NCBI RefSeq assembly: GCF_009914755.1
Contig: NC_060933.1
DNA: 64,000 nucleotides
Source of the DNA: the human T2T-CHM13v2.0 reference genome, Homo sapiens
Strand: one strand, 5' to 3'
Made by a program: the position numbers and the translations under genes. Within the stretch, counting starts at the first letter, position 1. The number at the start of each line of letters is the position of its first letter. The notes under the pieces were generated by a model. The model was given only the letters and a program-made list of their open reading frames with translations, did no database searches and had not been told where the DNA came from. Shown in pieces: positions 54,555-64,000 of the stretch.

Positions 54555-57500
54555 CATGTGTCTGTTTCTATGTGGGGGTCTACCTCATGGAAAAAGTAGT
54601 TGGTTGGAGAGATTACAGTTCCAAAAGAAAAAAAGAGATACAACTTCCAAAACATGATTGTGAGATATTTTCAGGTCTAAACAGAAATAGATAAACAGCT
54701 ATTAATAGGAAATGTGCTATTGAATAAAACATATGGAAGGAAAGCACTATACTTCTTTCATGGATTTAAGATACTGTCTATCTTCCCTTATTTAGAGAAG
54801 CATTTACTTCCTTTACACCAGTGTAAATAAGTACAAAGGTTTTAGACACATAGTAGATACCCATCTGGGTATGTTTTCTGGGAGAAATGCACCTGGGAAC
54901 TGAACAATGTTACACATCACTGAGCTGGAACATCTAATTATCACTGGTGAGGAAAGCCCTGAATCGGTCCGCTTTCAGATAACATTACTGTATTTGTTTG
55001 TGCTGTCAAGATATCTACTTGTCATTTAAGTAGCTACTGATGAATGTCTCCATTCATCAGATATTGGAAAGCAATGTGTCATTGGAGGACAGTCATTAGT
55101 ATCCAGGTTTGAAAGTACAGTATCTAGTGAAATAAGGTAAAAGAGAACTCTAATTCACGATTCTTTTGTAGGACGTAAAACACATGGTAAACTGAGTCCT
55201 GTGTAATAATCTAATGGATACTGTCAAAGGAAGTTCTGCATAAACTCTGATACTAGCTTCAATCTCCCCAATGATACTTAAAAATAAAAATTAAAAAATC
55301 TAAAAAAAATTAGCTGATGACAGATTATTTCTCTTGTCCAGCTGACAAATTTTTCAGGTTTATTCTTTTTAAGGCCTTCTCTCATGTAATCATCTAGTTG
55401 AAGGTTTCACGTTAAGCTTTCTAGAGAAAATATTTTCATTATACTATTAATTAAATACCTGCCAGTCGCTTAGAACAACAAAAATAGCCACTTTAGAGAA
55501 ACAATCATTTTATTAAACTTTTACTCACGTATAGTACAAGCAGATAAGATATCTTACTGGCTAAATTAAACAAATACATTGATGAAACATTATTGTGGGA
55601 AAATTTTTCAGGCTGCATAGTTAATAGAAATAATTTTGCTCTATTCTGAAATGCTTGGCATAAATATAAACTCATATACTCATATACTCTTTGGTATAAG
55701 AATACTATTCATTTTAAAAGTATATACTTGAGCACTGTAATTTTGGTATATTTATATATTTATACTATTATGCATAAGCAATTTCCATTTCAAAATAATT
55801 TTCCAAAACAATTGATATTTTCCAAATCTATTTAATTTTTAAGAAATGACTCAATATAACAATTTTAAAAATGCAATTTAGGAAGAATATACTAAAGTTC
55901 TATGTTTATTTGGATTTTCAAGTTAAATTTGGTCTTAGGAGCTTTTATTCAGCTCTTCCTTTACTGACACTTCTTTCAAAGAGCCAGTTTCATGTCTCCT
56001 AACACAATATCTATTACTGAGAGCAGCATCCTGTAGAAAACGCTGTAATGACCATTTCCTGTGTTGAGCATAACTTCTCTCCTAGACAGTTACAACTTCA
56101 TCCTCTCATCTTCTATTCAAGAGAGTATATGATGGTTCAAACGAGTAATGAGGCAATTATTTGCAAAAGCAAATTATTGGATTTTAGTGTTGCCATTATT
56201 ATTTATTAATTTGTAACATAGCTCTGAATTGATCTTGACATTCCAGCATCATAACACACCAGTTGAAAAACACTATTTTACAAAAAGTATAGACATACAC
56301 ATAAAACATTGTGGTAAATATAAAAGCTTGCTTTAGACATGTAAAAGTGCATTGGGGCAAAGTTTATCATAAGCCCCTTGTTAAAATTTTAAGTTATATA
56401 TTCCTACTTCCTTAACTGATTTTAAATTATAATTGATAGGAAATGGACATAAAATATCTGAATTTTTCAGTATCAATCAACGTTATGTTTAATTAGAGAG
56501 AAGATAACTGAGGAAGAAAAGATTCAAAGGATTGAGAAGTTATTTTGCTGAAAGATTCAACTTTACAAATAAACAGGTTTCTTTTCAGAAGAAACAGGAA
56601 GTCAAAAATTTAAAAAGAATATAGATTAGAGATTGAAATATTTAAATTTGGATGCAAGGCTCACAATTGTACTTCACACTAGATGACTTGGTATTAAATC
56701 TACTAAAATTCTCCCTCCTCTGTGAAGTTTTTCTCTTTCTATATGTTGTTATCATTTCCTCTTCTGAGCTTCTGCACATCCTACTGTCTTTGTCATCTAC
56801 TAAATTTTTAATCTTGCACTGTTTATAGTATCTTGTATATGGTTATCATAAGCTACAATGCATTCTTTTTTTTTTCAGTTTACTAAAGCCATTTCCATAA
56901 ACTCCTTCAGATCAGAAGCCATTTGCTATACTCCTTTTCGCTGAGTACACAATGATGTAATGGGCTACATTCAAAAGTTGTGGTGTTTAATGGTATTAAA
57001 TTACAGACACGTAGGACCTCATAGAAATGCCAGTGCTATTATGGATTATGGTGCTAATCCAGAGGTGTACAATAATTGTGTGTTATTGTAAACACACACA
57101 CACACACAGACATTTCCACTGTAATTGGAAATTATTAAAGACTAAACATATGTATTTGTTTGTGTTACTCAGAATATTTTATTGTTCCAAGCATCACAAA
57201 TGATTTACAAATATTAATCCAACAATTAAAATGGGAGAATCCCAAAATAAATAGTTTTGGACTTTATCCAATAGTGCATATTTATCTGTGTCTATGGAAA
57301 TATTACCCAAATATCTCTATGTATACTAGAGTAAACTTCTCTCCTTGTCTATCTTTAATTGCTTTGTTACAATAGAAGTATAAGTTCTGTTCTGTTTTTC
57401 CTTATTTTGTGCTCTTATCAACCATTCAATGTTCTAAACCACTGAAGTCAGTGCAATGCCATTTCACTCAAATATATTATTTGTCAGATCAAAAACTGAT

Positions 57501-58187
57501 TGCTTTATTTCAGAAGTATTTCACAAGGTTGTTTGTGTGACTAGAAAGCATTTCATACAATGAAAATATGCTTTGTTTGAAGGAGAGCATAACAAAATAA
57601 AATGATACTTTTAAACTATTGGAAAGTAGGTACAATAGAAAAAAATATTTTCTACTAAGCGATGTTAAAGCCTGGGATATTTTTCTAATACTATCCCCTA
57701 GTAATCCATATTTGACCTATTTCAATTTCACTTCTCATTGATTAGTACCCTCATTTGTCCTGTAAACATTATACCAAAGTGGAAACTGAGGCTAAAAGAA
57801 ATAAATTACATCATATTTATGTAACTGTATTAAGTGCATTTTTGCTTTGCTCATCCTTGTTACAGTTAAGCAAACGTATATTTTTGAAGACAAGCCTTCA
57901 ACATTCTCATAGAAATAAAACAATTATTCCACCTGAAAGCTATTTGAGACCTAGTAAAGCTTTTATTACAGAAATTATTTGTTATGCTTGCCCTCATTAA
58001 TTTAGTTATTTAATATCATTTTCCATGACTTATTTAGTGGAAACCAAAGTTAATATATAGATACATACATTCATATATAATTAGTTAACAACTATAATAA
58101 ACAGTAGAAGTTGTTATTTTTTCTTTTTCTAAAAGAAACATAAAACACTATAAATGACTACTTTTTAATTTACATGGATACGAAGTT

Positions 58188-58222
58188 TGTGTGTGTGTAT
58201 GTGTGTGTGTGTGCGCGCGTGT
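58188..58222. repeat. (TG)n(CG)n alternating purine-pyrimidine tract
   Basis: tgtgtgtgtgtatgtgtgtgtgtgtgcgcgcgtgt. Confidence 0.85.
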
Positions 58223-58389
58223 ATAATACCTCATTAGAATTAACCTTAACTACACATATGAGTGACAACCTGGTAAAATAAAAGAAAAAACTTATATTTT
58301 TTGAACTCATGGTAGTATAAATTCTTTGCCTTTAAAATTTTGAGTTATTTCTAGATTTAGAGGCAGTTGTAAAAAGCAATACTGACAGG

Positions 58390-58716
58390 TCCATACTGGA
58401 TGGCTTATGAACAACATAAGTTTATATCTCACAGTTCTAGAGGATGGAAGCCCAAGATCAACGTGCCAGTATGGCTGGGTTCTGATAAGGGCCTTCTCCA
58501 GGCTGCAGGCTGCCAACTTCTTATTGTAATGTCACCTGGTGGAAAGACAGCTAGCTAGGTTTCTTGCCTCTTATAAAGGGTACTAATCCCGTTCATAAGA
58601 GCTTCACCTTCATGATCCAATTATCTCTCAAAGGTCCTATCTCCTAATACCATCAAATTGAGTTTAGGGTTTTAACATATAAATTCTGAGAGAATACAAA
58701 CATTCAGTCCCTAACA
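58390..58716 (-). mobile_element. MLT1A-like LTR nested in an L1MC 3' end
   Basis: 'ctcacagttctagaggatggaagcccaagatcaa', 'ctcctaataccatca', 'acaaacattcagtccctaaca'. Confidence 0.85.
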
Positions 58717-58905
58717 GTATATTAACAATCACTGCATACTGACATTTGTACTGTCAAGATATAGAACATTTCCATCACCACAAAGATCTCTTGTGTTTCA
58801 GTTTTTATAGCTGTATCAACTACCCTCTTATACCCACCCTCTCCTTAACTCTGGTAAACACAACTCTGTTCTTCATTGCTTCTATTTTAAGAATGCTATA
58901 TATTA
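58717..58905 (-). mobile_element. L1MC 3' end fragment
   Basis: 'gtcaagatatagaacatttccatcaccacaaag', homologous to 53700-53860. Confidence 0.7.
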
Positions 58906-58909
58906 TGAC

Positions 58910-60950
58910 ATAAATAAAAATAATAGTGTAGAGGCCTTCGAAATATATTCTTTTTCATAAAAGCAACAAGAAAAATGTCTAAAGTTGTTGAATCAACTTT
59001 TCAGAAATCCGAAAATTAACTAAAGCCTTGAAGCAAGTGGGTGAGTGTTTATTCAAGAAAAATAGGGGACCTTTGGTAAGAAAAGTAAGCTTTGTTATGT
59101 TTCAGTTTACTTAGCTTCAGCCCCCACTCCCCAGCTCAGTAGTAGCTTTGAAAATGACATCCATATTACTGATACTGGAGGAAACAGAGTGGAGCTGGAG
59201 CTCTTTACAAGACTCATCCTCAAAACCATCATTATTTGACTTCTCTGTTGTTTTCCTAGAAGACCCTAGTATAGAGGCTTATCTTTATTTGACCTGGTTC
59301 AGAGTCAACCCAGTGCTAAAAGGGAGAAGAGAGATGATGGAATGGGGAGGTTAAGTTTATTAAAACATTTCCAAGAAAGTATTTTAACATTGCACCTGCA
59401 TGAAGCAATGGATAACAGTTTGAAAAAATAATAGTTTAACTAAAAATCTTTAAAATATGGCTAAGGAATGAGACACCTATATGGACTTTCAACAGCTTTT
59501 ATTTATTCCAGGGAATCTGGAAGACAATATGCACGTGTAGGCTTGTGTGCATGCATAGAAAAGACAGGAGGAGCCCTAAGCTCTAACCTTATACTCATCT
59601 TAAGTCTCTGCTTATGCAGAAATTGAAAGAAACTTTATGTTTCCTGGCTGAGTATTAAAATGAAGCCTAAATACGTCCACAGAACCCTTTAGCAAATACC
59701 TGAACATGTGTTGGTTCCAGGCATTTATGGAAATCTGTGTCTTATTAGCTAATTGTTAAACTAACCAAGAAAATAATTCAATAGGCTTATATGGCAAAGA
59801 AAACTTAAATAATAAATTTGAAAAAGTCACCAACAAATAAACAATGACTATAATAAGCAGCAAAATCAAAAAACTGTAGAGAAATGAAAGAATCTAAATT
59901 TCAGAGTAGCCACACTGTATTATTGTTTAAAATATCTAGTTTCAAAGCAAAAATATAACTGTTCAAGGAAACAAGAAAGTATGGCCCATAAAAAGGAAAA
60001 ATAAAGAAACTGTTCCTGAGAAAGCCAGTGCATTAAATCATCTATTTTAAACATGTTCAAAGAGGCAAAGGAAACACTGTGTAAGAAAAGAAAGTATGTA
60101 AATAATATTTCATCAAATACAGAGTATTAATAAAAAGATACAAGTTATAAAAGAGAACCAACTAGAAGTTCTGGAATTTAAAGTGCAATAGTTAAATACA
60201 AAATTTACTACAAGGGGCTCAGCAGCAGATTTAAGCAGGCAGAAGAAAAAATCAGTGAACCTGAACATAGGTTCATTGAGATTATTCAGCCTGAAGAACA
60301 GAAAGAAAAAAAAAAAAAAAGAAAACCAAAGCCTCAGAGGCCTGTGGAAAACTATCAAGTATACTAAAATTCTCATGATATGAATCTCAGAAGGAGAGGA
60401 AAGAAAACGAAACAGAAGAAATGTTTGAAAACATAATGGCCAAAAAAAAATCTCCTTTGGTGAAAAAATATTAATCACCATTAATTTACCAAGAAACCCA
60501 TTGAATTACATGTTCAACAAAATAAAAGAGATCCATAGGCATTCACATCAATATCATATATTTGAATGCCAAATGCAAAAAGAGAATCTTCAAAACAGCA
60601 AGAGAGAAATAATAACATATTCAGGTGATCTTCAATAAAATTAACTGATTTCTCCTTAGGCCTCATGAAAGTCAGAAGGCACTGATATGAATTAATCAAA
60701 GTGCTAAAAGAAAAAAAAAAGTAAAGAAAAGTTCCAAATCTAGCAAAGTCATCCTTCAAAAATGAAGTATTTATTAAGACTTTCCAGATAAACAAAAATT
60801 GAGCCTATTTGCCAATAGCAGAACTACCCTGCAAGAAATTCTAAAGAAAGTGGTTTAGGACAAAATTCAAGAATAATAGAGAGTAATCTGAATACACATG
60901 AGAAAAAAAAATAACACTGTTAAGGGTAACTCTATAGGTAAATTTAAAAG
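58910..60950 (+). mobile_element. Old L1M 5'UTR plus ORF1 remnant
   Basis: ORF1-like 'gcagaagaaaaaatcagtgaacctgaa', 'gcctcagaggcctgtgg', 'gagaatcttcaaaacagcaagagagaa', 'gcagaactaccctgcaagaaat'. Confidence 0.75.
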
Positions 60951-60959
60951 AGATCAGCT

Positions 60960-63900
60960 TCAGGCATCAAAGTGTGAAAAGTACCACTGACCTACTCTCC
61001 ACCCACTCTCCACTGAGACTGGTGAAACTACGTGTGTGCATGCATGTGTGTGTGTGCTCAAGGCCTTTGGCAATGGTCCTGAGTGCAGTATCAAATAAAA
61101 AATATATATTCTAGAAAATACATAAACATTTAATAAGACTACTTTTTTCTCTTTGTCCTTTATGCACAGAAAGATGCACTTTCCTCCAGATCGCTGTAGC
61201 CAGGAAGACAAGGCTCCTTCCAATGTCCAATTGGAGAGCTTTGTCATCAGGAGAAGCAGGATGTCAGCACTGCTCACTCTACCCCAATTACCTATTGCTC
61301 AACTTAAGAGTGGTTGAGAGATTAGGGTCCCTTTTGTTACCCAACCCTCACTTGTGGAAAGGAGACTTTACATTGGGCATGATGTTCTGAGAAGACTGAG
61401 GTCCTAATCACCCTTAACACAGCTTGTCAGGTGGTGGTTCCATAAATGGAGAGGCAAGTTGAGAGGGCTCTGGGCTGTTCCCTCCCCACCCCCAACCAAG
61501 TATGTAGACCCTAGAGCAGAGTCTTAGAGAGAACCTGACTATTGTCTCCACCCTTAGATACATATTCCTAGCTCGAATATTTTACCTGGGAGGAGCACAG
61601 GCCATAAAACCAAAAACTCTTCATCCGTTTACAAAGGAACTAACTTTATTTCCAGCAACGTTTGGAGAAGTTGGGTCCTAGGTGTGCTCTCAAGAACAGT
61701 GGAAGTTGTGGTGAAAGAAAACGTGGAGATTCAAGATACAGATAAAACTATAGTCCACTTAGTTTGCAGAAAAGGACCCAGGAAAAACGCATTTGAGAAA
61801 AGCGCTTCTAAGGTCAAGACAAAAATCAAACACTGACCACAGAAACTATTCCTTAAAAGGAGCTAGGATTTTATAGGGTTAAATTTAGAGCAGTTTATCA
61901 CCCCATGATATTATTACAAATAATTGAGCAATCCTTTGACAATTCGTGGGATTTAACAGTTGAGCGTGATCAGAGAAATAAAGAGCCCTACGGTACCACT
62001 ATCCCATGGATGCTTTTTTTTTTTTAACTTCCATAAGTTTTGGAGAAATAGGTGGTATTTGATTACATGAGTAAGTTCTTTGGTGGTGATTTGTGAGATT
62101 TTGGTGCACCTATCACCTGAGCAGTATACACTGAATCCAATTTGTAGTCTTTAATCCCTTACCCCTCTCCCACTCTTTCCCTGAGTCCCCAAGGTCCATT
62201 GTATCATTTTTATGCCTTTGCATACACATAGCTTAGCTGCCATTTATGAGTGAGAACACAGGATGTTTTGCTTTCCACTTCCAAGCAATTTCCCTCAGAA
62301 TAATAGTATGTAGTTTCATCCAGGTTGCTATGGATGCCATTAATTCATTCTTTTTTTTATGGCTGAGTAGAATTTTATCATATATATACCACAATTTATC
62401 TACTCATTGATTGATGGGCATTTGGGCTGGTTCTATAGTCTTACAATTGCGAACTGTGCTTCTACAAACATGCGTGTGTAAGTATCTTTTTGGTATAATT
62501 ACTTCTTTTCCTTTGGGTAGTTACCCAGTAGTGGGATTTCTGGATCAAATGGTAGTTTTACTTTTAGTTCTTTAAGGAATCTCCACACTGTTTTCCACAG
62601 AGGTTGTACTAGTTTACATTCCCACCAGCAGTGTACAAGTGTTCTCTTTTCACCACATCCATGCCAACATATATTATTTTTTAATTTTTTGATTATGGTC
62701 ATTATTGCAGGAGTAAAGTGGTATTGCATTGTGGTTTTGATTTCCATTTCCCTAATCATTAGTGATGTTGAGCATTTTTTCATATGTTAGTTGGTTATTT
62801 GTATATCTTCTTTTGAGAACTGTCTATTCATGTCCTTAGCCTAGTTTTTAATGGGATGTTTTTGCTTTTACTTGTTAATTTGTTTGAGTTTCTTGTAGAT
62901 TCTGGATATTAGTCCTTTGTCAGATGTATAAATTGTGAAGATTTTAGCATACCCAAAGCTGTACCTCCCCAAGGAGAACCTCAGAGGTTAATACTATGAG
63001 AAAAGAAATAGACATTCAGAAAAATCATTCAAGCAGTCACTAAACAATTCAAGAAGATAACAATAACTAGGTGCAGAGGTGGGGAAGGAAAAAAAGAAGT
63101 ACCCAGAGTTGCTATAATATGTTATATGTAATGTCCAGTTTTCAACAAAACCAAAATTTGAGGTATACAAAGAAACATGACAGTATGACCTACACCCTAG
63201 AAAAAACTCAGACAACAGAAATTGCCTGTAAGAGTGAACAAATGCCATTTTTATCGGAAAAAAATCATAATAGACATTTAATACATTCACAGAATTATAA
63301 TAAAACATGATTAAAGCAGGCTATATGATGACAATGTCATCTCAAATAGAGCATTCGAATAGAGAAAAAATATTTTTAAAAAAGCAAGTAAAAATTCTGA
63401 GTTGAAAATACAGTAACTAAAATATTTAAAAAATGCACTAGAGGGGTTCATCAGTGGATTTTAACTAGTGGAATAATGAATTAGTGAGAATGAAGATAGA
63501 TGGGTATTCTGCAAGCCAAATAACCCAAAGAAAAAAGAACTTGAGAAAGAGCCAAGATCCTAAGAAAGTGTATCAACATATGTGAAACAGAATGCCAGAG
63601 AATGGGAGAAAAAGAAAGGCGATATATTTGAAGAAATAGTAACTAAAAATGTCCCAAAATTATTAGAAAACAATAGCCTGCATTTTCAGGAGCTCAATAA
63701 ACTCAAATGGAATAAACACAAAGAGATTTTTTTAAAAAAAAAACAGACCACACAGTCAAAATGCTGAAAGTCAAACATAAGGAAAAAATATTGAAAGCAG
63801 CAAGAGAAAAAGTAATCATTTCTTTTATAGAAATCCGATAAAATTAATAGCTGACTTTTATGTAGAAACCATGGATGCCAGAAAGTAGCAGAATAACGCA

Positions 63901-64000
63901 TTCAGTGTTCTCATTGAGCAACCAAAACAAACCAAAAAAAGCCTATCACTCAAGACAACCTGTATCCAGCAAAGCTATCTTTCAAAAATTAAGGCAAAAT
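60960..64000 (+). mobile_element. Second old L1M 5'UTR plus ORF1 remnant, interrupted by L1PB and running off the window
   Basis: 'cactgaccacagaaactattccttaaaagg', 'gcatacccaaagct', ORF1-like 'ttgaaagcagcaagagaaaa' and 'tatccagcaaagctatctttcaaaaa'. Confidence 0.7.
62014..62945 (-). mobile_element. L1PB1-like 3' end (5'-truncated)
   Basis: Poly-T then 'catgagtaagttctttggtggtgatttgtgagattttggtgcacc'. ORF 62499..62783 is the ORF2 Cys-rich C-terminus ([14 protein letters not shown]). Confidence 0.92.

Noticed and set aside
53700-58870. Similarity between 53700-53860 and 58740-58900 as a local duplication
   Set aside because: Both are homologous 3' ends of L1MC-family copies, which explains the similarity.

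Overview
This is an AT-rich, CpG-depleted primate (very probably human) intronic or intergenic window. The AluS and young L1PA elements identify it as primate. I can support no host exon, RNA gene or CRISPR array. Every long ORF in the track is explained by decayed L1 ORF1/ORF2, Alu, LTR or microsatellite sequence. Roughly two thirds of the window is recognisable transposon debris: L1PA/PB/M, 3 Alus, MaLR (MLT1) LTRs, a MER52 solo LTR and a MER44 nested in an ERVL internal remnant, MER2, L2, L3 and MIR. I found no evidence of a new gene system. The most interesting signals are structural scars visible in the sequence: (1) an L1PA whose 5' end is an inverted 5'UTR piece joined to ORF2 about 3 kb downstream; (2) a 207-bp ungapped copy of an L1 5'UTR segment inserted 2.1 kb away in the same L1; (3) a perfect 26-bp hairpin; (4) a fold-back hairpin fused to a 50-bp young L1 filler; (5) an L1 whose TSD mimics the L1 template in register; (6) two independent L1PA copies sharing apparently non-consensus variants; (7) a ~105-bp dispersed duplication. 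Subfamily names come from my recall of consensus sequences, not from a RepeatMasker run. Boundaries of old repeats are approximate.
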